Notes: generated by a model not told the origin, from the letters alone. Positions 28,935 to 38,498 are shown, numbered from the stretch's first letter. The stretch: 64,000 bases of DNA from an uncultured Gemmatimonadales bacterium (GCA_963828735.1 CAWHFW010000002.1:800001-864000); one strand, 5' to 3'. Program-made: numbers and translations.

Positions 28935-29571
28935 ACCTCCGTGCGATGATCAAGCCGAACACGATGTGGAGCGCGCCGAACCCGGCGGCCATGAACGCAT
29001 TGCCCCAGATTGGCGGACCGAACAGGGCGGCGGCGCCGAGCGCCATGAAACAGAGACCCATGAGCGGGACGACCCGCACCGAAAAGGCGCCACCAGTCAC
29101 GACGCCCGTACCGTACAGCAGGAGCCACGTCCCGGGTAATGCCGACCAGAGCCCTGCGCGCACCAGCACACCGGTGAGCAGCGCTCCTACCAGCAGCGGC
29201 GGCACGTAGCTCAGCACGAACCGCCGCCCGGAATAGGAGAAGACCGTGGTACCTGCCCGCCGCGCCTTCGCCGCCATCGTCCACCCGCCAAGGGTGAACG
29301 CCAGGACCGAGGTCGCGAGCCAGGTCACGAGCCACTCGGTGGGTGTGAGCCTGGTCTCGGCCACTGCCGCGGCGCCGAGCGCCAGCACTCCCATCCCAAC
29401 CCCGCCCCACCCAGGGACGGCAGTGAAGGCGGTGGCCCGCTCCATCGTCTGCCGAATGAAGCTGAGGTTGTCCATGGCCCGGGCGTGGAGGGCCGGGTCT
29501 TCGGTGGGGCGGGTGGGCACGCGTTGGGGAGAGGCCATGGCCTTCACAGTAGGGGCGCGAGTCGCTTGCAT
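28924..29571 (-). CDS. Hypothetical membrane protein (6 TM); start may be 29538
   Basis: AMDNLSFIRQTMERA, WLLLYG, FGALHIVFG..IARRYGG; overlaps regulator start. Confidence 0.82.
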   Translation of the reverse strand: MQATRAPTVKAMASPQRVPTRPTEDPALHARAMDNLSFIRQTMERATAFTAVPGWGGVGMGVLALGAAAVAETRLTPTEWLVTWLATSVLAFTLGGWTMAAKARRAGTTVFSYSGRRFVLSYVPPLLVGALLTGVLVRAGLWSALPGTWLLLYGTGVVTGGAFSVRVVPLMGLCFMALGAAALFGPPIWGNAFMAAGFGALHIVFGLIIARRYGG

Positions 29572-29574
29572 CAA

Positions 29575-29612
29575 GTACTTTACAGTATAAAGTACGCTCT
29601 GGAATCCGTCAA
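29575..29612 (-). promoter_or_regulatory. Sigma70 promoter overlapped by a perfect palindromic operator
   Basis: Minus strand TTGACG-N17-TATACT; GTACTTT-N7-AAAGTAC (29575-29595) spans the -10. Confidence 0.85.
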
Positions 29613-29634
29613 CCTGCCGGCTCCCCTACCCTCT

Positions 29635-29964
29635 TCAACTTCCCTCGACCACCACCGCGGTGCCGTAACAGAGTACCTCGGTCACTCCCTGCATCAGCTC
29701 GGTCGCGTCGTACCGGATGCCGATGATCGCGTTTGCCCCCGCGGCCTCGGCGTGCTCCACCATCATCTCGAACGCTTCCAACCGGGTCTTCTCGCAGAGC
29801 TCGGTGAACAGGGTGATGTTCCCGCCGAACAGCGTCTGCAGCGAGCCGCCGATCGTGCCGAAGATGTTGCGCGAGCGGACCGTGATGCCGCGGACGACGC
29901 CGAGCGTCTGGACGATGTGATAGCCGTCCAGTGTGAAGGCGGTCGTGGTGAGTCCGTGATCCAC
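29635..29964 (-). CDS. YbjQ/UPF0145 family protein
   Basis: [33 protein letters not shown]. Confidence 0.92.
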   Translation of the reverse strand: MDHGLTTTAFTLDGYHIVQTLGVVRGITVRSRNIFGTIGGSLQTLFGGNITLFTELCEKTRLEAFEMMVEHAEAAGANAIIGIRYDATELMQGVTEVLCYGTAVVVEGS

Positions 29965-30414
29965 TCAGGCGCTCCGGAGGTCGGATGTGCAGTGCGGGCA
30001 GCGGCTCGCGGCGACCGGAACCGCCATCCGGCAGAAAGGACAGTCCTTCGTGTTCGGTGCCGCGGCCTCTTGCGGCTGCATCCGGTTGGCTGCCCGGACG
30101 ACGAGGAAGATGGCGAAGGCGGTGATCAGGAAGATCAGCACCGCGTTGAGGAAGAGACCGATGTTGATCGTGACGGCGCCGGCGGCTTTGGCGTCGGCCA
30201 GGGTGGCGTACGGTCCCGCGCCCTTGGCCCCCTCCTTCAGAACCAGGAACAGGTTGGAGAAATCGACGTTGCCCAGGACCAGGCCGATCGGGGGCATGAT
30301 GATGTCGTTGACCATCGAGTTGACGATCGTGCCGAACGCCGCACCGATGATGACGCCGACCGCGAGGTCGAGCACGTTGCCGCGCATTGCGAACGCTTTG
30401 AACTCTTTCAGCAT
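29965..30414 (-). CDS. mscL: Large-conductance mechanosensitive channel with C-terminal zinc ribbon
   Basis: [27 protein letters not shown]; tail CPFC...CPHC. Confidence 0.95.
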   Translation of the reverse strand: MLKEFKAFAMRGNVLDLAVGVIIGAAFGTIVNSMVNDIIMPPIGLVLGNVDFSNLFLVLKEGAKGAGPYATLADAKAAGAVTINIGLFLNAVLIFLITAFAIFLVVRAANRMQPQEAAAPNTKDCPFCRMAVPVAASRCPHCTSDLRSA

Positions 30415-30604
30415 GCATCACCTTGCGTTGAGGAAGGGCTTGGCTCCAGGGGCATGCCACTGATATAAGGTCGGCGCGGTCCGCCGGGAAGTGCGGCGCG
30501 TGTGCCGACGCACGGGAAGCTGGCCTCCTCACGCGAGCGGGGGACACGACGTTGGTCGTGCCCCCCGCGCACACCCAGGATGGCCGCCTGTTCGCCGTGG
30601 CGCC

Positions 30605-31825
30605 CTACCCTGCGACCGCCATCTCGCCGTCGACCACCCACGGCCCATGGCCTCGTGCCTCGATGCAGCGGCGCTCGAGGTCGGTGAGGACGTTCATGAA
30701 CGCCACGAACGCATCGTAGGGCGACTGGTGCGGGTTGAAGTACTTGTGCACGTCGCCGTCCGCGAACCACTTGGTGCACATGTAGTAGCAGTGATCGCTG
30801 GTGGTGAGGCGGCGCCATGCCTCGAGGCGCGACGGATCGCCGAGTGCGCGGATGTCCGGGCCGAGCCGATAGAGGCGCTCGAACGCTGCCCGCTGCATCC
30901 GATTGCCGAGCCAGGCGCTGGTATCGCGATCGAGATCGGCCCATGATGTGGTCGTAGGAAACGACAGGGTCCCCACCGGCGGACGGGCGGCGAGGGTGGA
31001 TGGATGGACGCAGGCGGTGTTCCGTCGCGCGAGCGCGTCGGGGAGCGCCTGGAGGAAGTCGAAGATGCCCGTCTCCGCCCACTGGTGCTCCCCAAACGTC
31101 TCGTAGTCCATGAAGACGTGCACGCTCGACTCGGCCATGCGGGCGATCCAGTCGCACCACTTGTCCGCGGTGAGCGGCCACCCGTCCCAGTCCCGATTCG
31201 AAAACCGAAAGCCAAGGTCGTCGGTGATGCGGTAGTTGCGCGGGAGCAGTCTGAGGGTCGGCGCGGAGGCGGCCGCATACACGTAGTTGGGCGATCGCCA
31301 GCCAAGGGCCCGCTCGGCGCCTTCGACCAGCATCGCCGCGTAGCCGAGTCGCGCCACCATCGGCGCCAGATCGTCGTCGTAGAGCAGCTCCGTATTCCGG
31401 AACACGGTCGGCCGCTGGCCAAAGTGACGGCCGATGGCCGCGCGGTGCTGCTCCACCTGGATCAGGAACTCTGCCGGATCCCGAAGGCCGCTCAGGCTGT
31501 GATGGAAGGTCTCGCCGAGCAGCTCGACGCCCCCGGTCGATACCAGGTCCTGAAAGCTCGCGAGCGCATCAGGGGCGTCGGACTCGAGCTGGTCCAGCAG
31601 GACGCCGCTCAGGCTCATCGCGACCCGAAATCGGCCGTCCGACCGGCGGATGGCCTCGGCCAGCAGCCGGTTGCTGGGCAGGTAGCACTTGTCCGCGACC
31701 CGACGGAGGATGGCGCGGTTGGCATCGTCGTCGAAGTACCCGGCGGCGGTGCCGATGTCGAATACCTTGAATGGGCGCAGCCGGTACGGCTGGTGAACCT
31801 GGAAATAGAAGCAGATGTCAGGCAT
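30605..31825 (-). CDS. GH57 family alpha-amylase-like glycoside hydrolase
   Basis: FQVHQP, ETFHH, FRNTEL, FMDYETFGEH, TSDH..YM. Confidence 0.94.
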   Translation of the reverse strand: MPDICFYFQVHQPYRLRPFKVFDIGTAAGYFDDDANRAILRRVADKCYLPSNRLLAEAIRRSDGRFRVAMSLSGVLLDQLESDAPDALASFQDLVSTGGVELLGETFHHSLSGLRDPAEFLIQVEQHRAAIGRHFGQRPTVFRNTELLYDDDLAPMVARLGYAAMLVEGAERALGWRSPNYVYAAASAPTLRLLPRNYRITDDLGFRFSNRDWDGWPLTADKWCDWIARMAESSVHVFMDYETFGEHQWAETGIFDFLQALPDALARRNTACVHPSTLAARPPVGTLSFPTTTSWADLDRDTSAWLGNRMQRAAFERLYRLGPDIRALGDPSRLEAWRRLTTSDHCYYMCTKWFADGDVHKYFNPHQSPYDAFVAFMNVLTDLERRCIEARGHGPWVVDGEMAVAG

Positions 31826-33236
31826 CGGAGCTCCGTAGCTGTCCAGCGGGTCGAGTGACCGTCGTTCGCACGGGCTGATCGGCGCTGGCGATGCGGACGT
31901 CGGGTGGGCCGCCTTGGTCGGGTCGCGGTGCGGCTGAGGCTATTGGGGCGGAGGCCGGCCGACGGCTCCGCACTGCCCGCCGGGCCGTCACGCTCGGGGA
32001 ACCCTGGGAGGAGGCCTTCAACGTCGCGCTGTAGGTCCGGCCTGTATTACGAGCGGCCTGGTCCAAGCTCAGCCGATCGCTCCGCACCTCCGCGAGCCCC
32101 CCTTCGCTGAGCTCCTTCCACAAGACGGGGTGACCGAGCAGGGCGATCACCTTGTCCGCCATGTCATTCACGTCCCAGAAGTCGACCCGCATGGCATGCC
32201 GAAGCACCTCTGAGACGCCCGCCGTCTTCGGGATGATGCAGGGAGTGCCGTTCCGCAAGCTCTCGAGCGCGACGAGGCCGAGCGGCTCACTGACCGATGG
32301 CATGACGCACACGTCCGCGGCGCGGTAGAGGCGGTCCACGTCGGCACCCTGCACCCCGCCGGTGAAGTGCATACGGTCCGCCAGGCCGAGGTCGACGGCG
32401 CGCTCGATGACGCGCGGAAGCAGGTCTCCCGTCCCGGCGAGGATGAATTCCGCCTCCGCCACATGGTCCGCGACGCGGCGCGCGACTTCGACGAAGTACT
32501 CCGGGCCCTTCTGCCGGGTGACCCGACCTAGGAAGAGTACCGTCGGGCGCCCACGCGCCACCGGGAGGTCCTCGAGGTCCGCGGCCTCATTGGCCACGTC
32601 GACCCCGAAGTGCACCACGTCGACCTTTTCGGCGGGGATGTCGTATCGCTCCACGACCTGGCGCTTGAGCGTCGCGCTGTTGCTGATCACCCGATCCGCC
32701 AGCATCAGACCGGCCGCTTCCCGCCGGTGGATCTCCGGATTGCCCGGGCCGCCACAGCGGTCGTACTCGGTGGCATGGATGTGCGCCACGAGAGGCTTGC
32801 CGGACACGGCGCGCGCGCGGCGCCCCGCTTCGAACGTGATCCAGTCATGGGTGTCGATGAGGTCGTGCGGCTCGTCGCGAGCGATCACCTCCGCGATCGC
32901 GGCGTAGCGCTCGACCTCCTCGAACAGGTCGGCGCCGTACACCGCCCCGTTGCCCGTTCCCCTGCGCGCCTGCTCGGCAAGGACCTCGTACGCCTCCGCG
33001 CCGGCGTATGGGGCAAGCGGGCTGTCGACTCGGATCGGGCGAAGGCCAGGCCGCGCATCCGCCGCGCTCACGAGATGAAGGTTGGGTACGTCGGGTGTCG
33101 CGGAGAGCGCGAACGGCACTACCAGCGTGATCTCGATGCCCTGGTTGAGAAGCCCCTTCACCAGGCCGAGAGTCGCGGTGGCAAGGCCGCCGGCCTGAAA
33201 CGGAGGGAATTCCCAACCGAACATCAATACGCGCAT
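31818..33236 (-). CDS. GT4 glycosyltransferase (glycogen-synthase-like)
   Basis: MFGWEFPP..GGL, HDW.T, H.HATEYDR, GR.T.QKGP, PSVSEP.G..ALE. Confidence 0.92.
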   Translation of the reverse strand: MRVLMFGWEFPPFQAGGLATATLGLVKGLLNQGIEITLVVPFALSATPDVPNLHLVSAADARPGLRPIRVDSPLAPYAGAEAYEVLAEQARRGTGNGAVYGADLFEEVERYAAIAEVIARDEPHDLIDTHDWITFEAGRRARAVSGKPLVAHIHATEYDRCGGPGNPEIHRREAAGLMLADRVISNSATLKRQVVERYDIPAEKVDVVHFGVDVANEAADLEDLPVARGRPTVLFLGRVTRQKGPEYFVEVARRVADHVAEAEFILAGTGDLLPRVIERAVDLGLADRMHFTGGVQGADVDRLYRAADVCVMPSVSEPLGLVALESLRNGTPCIIPKTAGVSEVLRHAMRVDFWDVNDMADKVIALLGHPVLWKELSEGGLAEVRSDRLSLDQAARNTGRTYSATLKASSQGSPSVTARRAVRSRRPASAPIASAAPRPDQGGPPDVRIASADQPVRTTVTRPAGQLRSSDA

Positions 33237-33310
33237 GGGAGTCCTGATCTTCGCTGGCGAAGCGACTCGGCTGTCATGGACGGAACGTCGTGAGCTGCGT
33301 TGGGGAGGGT

Positions 33311-33336
33311 AACGCTACCTCGGCAGGTTCGGTTCC
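33311..33336 (-). promoter_or_regulatory. ECF promoter for GT4-GH57
   Basis: Minus strand GGAACC gaacctgccgaggtag CGTT, 75 bp before ATG 33236. Confidence 0.78.
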
Positions 33337-33466
33337 ACGCGGCAGGAGGAAGCGGAGGGTCCCACGGATCTTCTGCGGAGCCGATCAGCGGGCGCCTCGA
33401 TCACGGAGAGGCATCACGCATCGACCGGGAGGTGGCATGGCGGGCCCTTGTGCCGGCGGTAGTCTG

Positions 33467-34897
33467 CTACCCCGGTCGCTCGACGCTCTTGCCCGCCGCG
33501 CTCCACTCGGCGAACCCGCCACCGTACAGGCGCACGCCGGTGACGCCGCGAGCACGAAGCAGCGAGGCGGCGATCCCCGCGCGCGAGCCGGTCTGGCATT
33601 GCACCACGAGCGGACGCTGACGCGGAAGCTCGCCGATCCGATCCTCGAGCTCGCCGAGCGGAATGTTGGCGGCCCCCGGCAGATGACCCGCGGCCCATTC
33701 GGACCTCGAGCGGACGTCCAGGATGCCGACGTCCCCGGTGGCCAGGGCGCTCGCGACCTCATCCATGGCGATAGTAGAGATCGTCTCGATCGACCGGCCC
33801 GCCGCTTGCCATGCGTCGAGCGCGTTCGACCCGGCGGTCCCGGCGACGCGGTCGAGCCCGATGCCGGCCAGCGCGCGCAGGAGGTCGCCGGCACCATTCG
33901 CGCCGTGGTCCTCCGCGATGAGATAGAAGTCGCGGTCGTACGGGAGGAGCGACCCGCTCCACGTGACGAACGACCGGTTCGCCGGAATGTTGATCGTCCC
34001 TGGGATCGCTCGCCGGACGTACTCGCGCACCGGGCGCGTGTCGACGACCGGCGTGCCCGCGGCAAGCCCCGCGGCGAGCTCGGCCACGCCGACGCGCGGT
34101 GGGCGCTCGGCATGATCCCGCAGCCGTGGCCCGTCCCGATTGATGCGCTTCATCTCCGCGAAGTAGCGAGGCGGCTCCGGCTGGCCCGCGAGCACCGCAC
34201 GCATGAACTCGTCCTCGCTCGTGAGGCCGAACGCCCAGTTGAAGCGCCGCTCGTAGCCCAGCGTGGTCTGCGGCACCGCACCGAGCGACTTGCCGCACGC
34301 GGACCCAGCGCCGTGACCGGGCCAGATCTGCAGGTAGTCCGGAAGGCCACCGAGACGTTGGAGGGACTGGAAGAGCTGCCGCGCCCCGGTCTCCATCGTG
34401 CCGGCGATGTGCGCCGCGCGCTCGAGGAGGTCGGGACGTCCCACGTCGCCGACGAAGACGAAGTCGCCGGTGAGAGCGCCCATGGGCGCGGTCGCCGCGG
34501 CGCCATCGGTCACCAGGAAGATGACGTGCTCCGGTGTATGGCCCGGGGTGTGAACGACGCGCACGGCGAGGTGACCGACGCAGAACGTGTCTTCGTCGTG
34601 GAGCAGTTGCGCCCCCGCTTCGGCGGCGTAGCGGTAGCGCCAGTCTTCGCCGCCTTCGTCGGACAGAAGCAGCCGCGCGCCGGTCCGGTGCGCCAGCTCG
34701 CGGGCGCCCGAAACGAAGTCCGCGTGGATGTGGGTCTCGGTCACGTGCGTGATCCGGAACCCCTCCGCCTCCGCGCCGCGCAGGTACGGCTCGAGGTGAC
34801 GGTTGGGGTCGACCACGAGCGATTCACCGGTGGCCTGGCAACCGATGAGATAGCTGGCCTGCGCGAGCTGGTCGTCGTAGAAGCGTCGGAAGAACAT
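33467..34897 (-). CDS. MBL-fold persulfide dioxygenase-like protein with two rhodanese domains (CstB-like)
   Basis: ETHIHADF, TPGHTPEH, GDVGRPDL, PGHGAGSACG, C-terminal CQTGSR rhodanese loop. Confidence 0.92.
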   Translation of the reverse strand: MFFRRFYDDQLAQASYLIGCQATGESLVVDPNRHLEPYLRGAEAEGFRITHVTETHIHADFVSGARELAHRTGARLLLSDEGGEDWRYRYAAEAGAQLLHDEDTFCVGHLAVRVVHTPGHTPEHVIFLVTDGAAATAPMGALTGDFVFVGDVGRPDLLERAAHIAGTMETGARQLFQSLQRLGGLPDYLQIWPGHGAGSACGKSLGAVPQTTLGYERRFNWAFGLTSEDEFMRAVLAGQPEPPRYFAEMKRINRDGPRLRDHAERPPRVGVAELAAGLAAGTPVVDTRPVREYVRRAIPGTINIPANRSFVTWSGSLLPYDRDFYLIAEDHGANGAGDLLRALAGIGLDRVAGTAGSNALDAWQAAGRSIETISTIAMDEVASALATGDVGILDVRSRSEWAAGHLPGAANIPLGELEDRIGELPRQRPLVVQCQTGSRAGIAASLLRARGVTGVRLYGGGFAEWSAAGKSVERPG

Positions 34898-34903
34898 GTC
34901 GGC

Positions 34904-36259
34904 TCAGGATGTCGACGTCAGTGGTCCCAGGGGAAGCCGGAGGCAGGCGCGGGCGCCGCGTGCTTTGTCGGGCCGAGGCTCGAGCACGACGCTGCCGCCG
35001 TGCGCCTCTGCGATCTGGCGGCTCAGCACAAGGCCGATGCCGGTACCGTTCGCCTTGGTGGTGAAGAACGGGACGAACAGGTTGCCCGGATCCGGCAGCC
35101 CCGGTCCGTCGTCGTCCACGGTCACCTCGGCGACGCCGCTCAGCACGCGCCAGCCGACGCACACGCCGCCAGCCGTCTCGAGCGCCGCATCGGCCGCGTT
35201 CCGTACCAGGTTGATCAACAACTGGTCGAGCTGATCCCCGTCCGCGGTCAGCACGGCGGCGGGCCCCTCTTGCACCCGCACGTCGAGCCGCGTCTCGAGC
35301 GCTGCCACCCGACGTACCCACTCGTCGATCCGGACCGCCCCGACCTTCGGGTGCGGCAACCGCGCGAGCTGCGCGTAGGCGCCCATGAATCGCGCGAGGG
35401 ATTCGGACCGCCCCTCGATCACCTGCAGCCCCGACCGGAGGTCCTGCTCCCAATCGACCGGGCGCGCCGACCGCTCGGCGAGGCTTCGGAGGCTGCCGGC
35501 GATCGACTTGATCGGGGCGAGCGAGTTGTTGATCTCGTGACCGAGCACCCGCACGATCCGCTGCCACGCCGACCGCTCCTCCGCCCGAAGGACGCGGCTC
35601 AAGTCGGATAGCACGAGCAGGCGATGGGGGAGCCCGTCCTGGCGAAAAGTAGTGCCGCGCACCTCCCAGCGCCCGGCGCCGCCCGGAAACGCCGCCTCCA
35701 GGGTCCGCGGCGTATCGCCCTCGAGGCACGCCGCCAGGCCCAGGGCTGTCGCCTCCATGCCCATGAGGCGCTCGACGGGCAGGCCGAGGAGGCGCTCGCC
35801 GCCGCGATTCACCAGTCGGAGCCGCTGCGACTGATCGAACGCGAACACCGCGACATCGATCTCCTCGATGACGCGCCGGAGCAGCGCCGTGGCCTCCAGC
35901 GCGTGGAGGCGCTGCGAGCGCAGTGTTTCGCTGAGGATGTTCACTTCCAGGAGCGCGAGGCCGAGCCCGTCGTCCGGACTGGCGCCGCGCGCGCGGATCG
36001 AGTAGTCCCCTTCGCGCAGCGCGGCGAGCAGGTTGGCGATGGTCTGGAGCGGCCGGAGCACGCGCTCCCGCACGAGGGCGGCCCCGATGAGCCACGCGCC
36101 CACGATGAGCAGCGTGAGCGTCACCTGCACGCGGAGCGCGTGCTCTCCCGACCAGAGCAGCCATTCCGCGACCACGACGGCCGGCAGCCCCGTCAGCAGC
36201 GCGGCGGCGAAGACCCGCGACTCGTGACCGGCGGGCCGACGCCGCCGGTCAGAGCCCAT
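34904..36259 (-). CDS. Membrane sensor histidine kinase (HAMP/PAS)
   Basis: 2 TM; HEINNSL H-box, NLVRNA, DDGPG, FVPFFTTK, GTGIGL. Confidence 0.95.
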   Translation of the reverse strand: MGSDRRRRPAGHESRVFAAALLTGLPAVVVAEWLLWSGEHALRVQVTLTLLIVGAWLIGAALVRERVLRPLQTIANLLAALREGDYSIRARGASPDDGLGLALLEVNILSETLRSQRLHALEATALLRRVIEEIDVAVFAFDQSQRLRLVNRGGERLLGLPVERLMGMEATALGLAACLEGDTPRTLEAAFPGGAGRWEVRGTTFRQDGLPHRLLVLSDLSRVLRAEERSAWQRIVRVLGHEINNSLAPIKSIAGSLRSLAERSARPVDWEQDLRSGLQVIEGRSESLARFMGAYAQLARLPHPKVGAVRIDEWVRRVAALETRLDVRVQEGPAAVLTADGDQLDQLLINLVRNAADAALETAGGVCVGWRVLSGVAEVTVDDDGPGLPDPGNLFVPFFTTKANGTGIGLVLSRQIAEAHGGSVVLEPRPDKARGARACLRLPLGPLTSTS

Positions 36260-37613
36260 GATGCTGGAGACGGCGGTAGAGCGCGCTTCGGCTGAGCCCC
36301 AGCGCCTTTGCCGCGTGGCTCACGTTGCCTCCATGACGCTCGAGCGCCTTGCGGATCAGCAGGCGCTCCACCTCCTCGAGCGGCAGGTCCTCGAGTCGCG
36401 CGGCGGGCCCGGCCCCGCGAAGGCCCAGATCGGCTGCGCGGACGAGCGGCCCGTGCGCCATGAGTACCGCACGCTCGAGCGTGTGGTCCAGCTCGCGCAC
36501 ATTGCCGGGCCAGGGGTGGCTCTCGAGGGCCGCGAGGGCCTCCGGCTCGAGCCCACCGAGGGCCTTCCGATACCGGGTCGCGTACCTGTGGAGGAAGTGC
36601 TGGGCCAAGGCGCGGATGTCGTCGCGGCGCTCGCGAAGCGGCGGCAACCGGATCTCGATGGTATTGAGGCGGAAAAGCAGGTCCTCGCGGAAGCGCCCCC
36701 CGGCGACCTCCGCCGGCAGATCGGCGTTCGTGGCCGACACGATACGCACGTCGATCTTCCGTGCGCGGGACGCGCCGACGCGCTCGACTTCACCGTTCTC
36801 GAGCACCCGGAGCAGCTTGGCCTGCTGCCGGGGCTCCAGGGTCCCGATCTCGTCGAGGAGAAGCGTGCCCCCCTCGGCCAGCTCGAACCGACCGATGCGG
36901 TCGGCGCGCGCGTCGGTGAAGGCGCCCTTCACGTGCCCGAACATCTCGCTCTCGAAGAGCCCTTCGGAGAGCCCGCCGAGGTTCACGGCGACGAGCGGCC
37001 GCGCGGCGCGCGGCGAGGCGGCGTGGATCCACTGGGCCACGACCTCCTTGCCGCTGCCGTGCTCGCCGGTGATGAGTACGTTGGCGTCGGAGGGAGCCAC
37101 TCGCTCGATGAGCTGGAGCACCGGGCGCATCACGGCGGATTCCGCGATGAGCTCCGGCCGGCCGTCACGCCTGAGCAGCCGGTTCTCGCTCTCGAGGCGG
37201 CTGGTGCGGCGGAGCGCCCGGCCCAGCTCGACCTGCGTGCGCAGGGTGGCGAGGAGGCGAGCGTTGTCCCACGGCTTCTCGATGAAATCGCGCGCGCCCC
37301 GGCGCATCGCCTCGACCGCCTTGTCCACGCTGCCCCAGGCGGTCATCACGACCGCGGGCAGGGTCGCATCCAACGCCTGGAGCTCGGAGACGAGCTCGAG
37401 GCCCTCGCGCCCGGTGGTGGTGTCGCGCGCGTAGTTGAGGTCGAGCAGCACGGCGTCGAAGTCCGCGTGCTGGACGGCCGAGAGAACGGCGGCCGGGGAA
37501 GCGGCCGTCTCGATGGCGTACCCTTCGCCCTTGAGCAGCAGGCGAAGCGCCTCGCGGACATCGGGCTGATCGTCCGCGACGAGGATGTGCGGGGCGGGCG
37601 GGGAGTTCGGCAA
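36249..37613 (-). CDS. NtrC-family sigma-54 response regulator
   Basis: REC (ADD, DLN, KPW), GEHGSGKE, GAFTDA, LDEI, WPGNVREL, Fis HTH; TTG start. Confidence 0.95.
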   Translation of the reverse strand: MPNSPPAPHILVADDQPDVREALRLLLKGEGYAIETAASPAAVLSAVQHADFDAVLLDLNYARDTTTGREGLELVSELQALDATLPAVVMTAWGSVDKAVEAMRRGARDFIEKPWDNARLLATLRTQVELGRALRRTSRLESENRLLRRDGRPELIAESAVMRPVLQLIERVAPSDANVLITGEHGSGKEVVAQWIHAASPRAARPLVAVNLGGLSEGLFESEMFGHVKGAFTDARADRIGRFELAEGGTLLLDEIGTLEPRQQAKLLRVLENGEVERVGASRARKIDVRIVSATNADLPAEVAGGRFREDLLFRLNTIEIRLPPLRERRDDIRALAQHFLHRYATRYRKALGGLEPEALAALESHPWPGNVRELDHTLERAVLMAHGPLVRAADLGLRGAGPAARLEDLPLEEVERLLIRKALERHGGNVSHAAKALGLSRSALYRRLQHHGL

Positions 37614-37694
37614 GAGACCTGGGCGGTGGGTTCGGGCTGAATCTAATGCGAGGCCGGCGTTCCGGTGCGACGCGCCCGGCTCGGTCGGAGGCGG

Positions 37695-37768
37695 GGTCTG
37701 CGCACCACGGAGGTACGGAGGGCCACAGGAAGGAACATCATGCTCCGTGCCTCCGTGATGCGCAGGCC
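37695..37768. repeat. 26-bp imperfect inverted repeat (REP-like hairpin)
   Basis: GGTCTGCGCACCACGGAGGTACGGAG / CTCCGTGCCTCCGTGATGCGCAGGCC, 3 mismatches, 22-nt loop. Confidence 0.8.
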
Positions 37769-37774
37769 GTCGGG

Positions 37775-38470
37775 TTACCCGGCGTTCCCCGACACGCCGA
37801 CCCGCTCGGGCTCCACGATCCAGCCGTCACGCAGCTGAATCGTGCGGTTGCCGTACGACGCGTTCTTCTCGGAGTGCGTCACCTGGACGATCGTCGTCCC
37901 CTGCCGGTTGAGCCGGGTGAACAGCTCCATGATCTCCTCGCCCTGCGCGCTGTGCAGGTTCCCCGTCGGCTCGTCGGCCAGGAGCAGCTTCGGGCTCGCG
38001 ATGACCGCGCGGGCGACGCCCACGAGCTGCTGCTGGCCGCCCGAGAGCTGACCCGGGTACAGATCCTTCTTGCCCACCATCTGGAAGCGGTCCAGCGTCT
38101 CGGCCACGATCGCCGCGCGCTCCTTGGGCTTCACGTCCCGGTACGACAGCGGCATCTCGAGGTTTTCGTAGACGGTGAGATCGTCGAGCAAATGGTACTT
38201 CTGGAACACGAAGCCGATGTAGCGCTTGTTGAGCTCGACCCGCTTCTTGAGCGGCAGCTCGTGGACCGCCTCGCCGAAGAACCAGTATTCGCCGGTCCAG
38301 GCGTTGTCGAGCAACCCGAGAATGCTGAGCAGGGTGGACTTCCCCGCCCCGGACGGCCCCATGATGGTGAGGAACTCCCCCTCGCGGATCTCCAGCTCGA
38401 TGCGCCGGAGCACGTAGGTGCGAGTGGGACCGGCCTGGTAGTAGCGGTCGAGGTTCGCGAGTCGGATCAC
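37775..38470 (-). CDS. MacB/LolD-type ABC ATP-binding protein
   Basis: [28 protein letters not shown]. Confidence 0.95.
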   Translation of the reverse strand: MIRLANLDRYYQAGPTRTYVLRRIELEIREGEFLTIMGPSGAGKSTLLSILGLLDNAWTGEYWFFGEAVHELPLKKRVELNKRYIGFVFQKYHLLDDLTVYENLEMPLSYRDVKPKERAAIVAETLDRFQMVGKKDLYPGQLSGGQQQLVGVARAVIASPKLLLADEPTGNLHSAQGEEIMELFTRLNRQGTTIVQVTHSEKNASYGNRTIQLRDGWIVEPERVGVSGNAG

Positions 38471-38498
38471 GGGCGCTCCGTTGAGGTAAGAAGATTCA

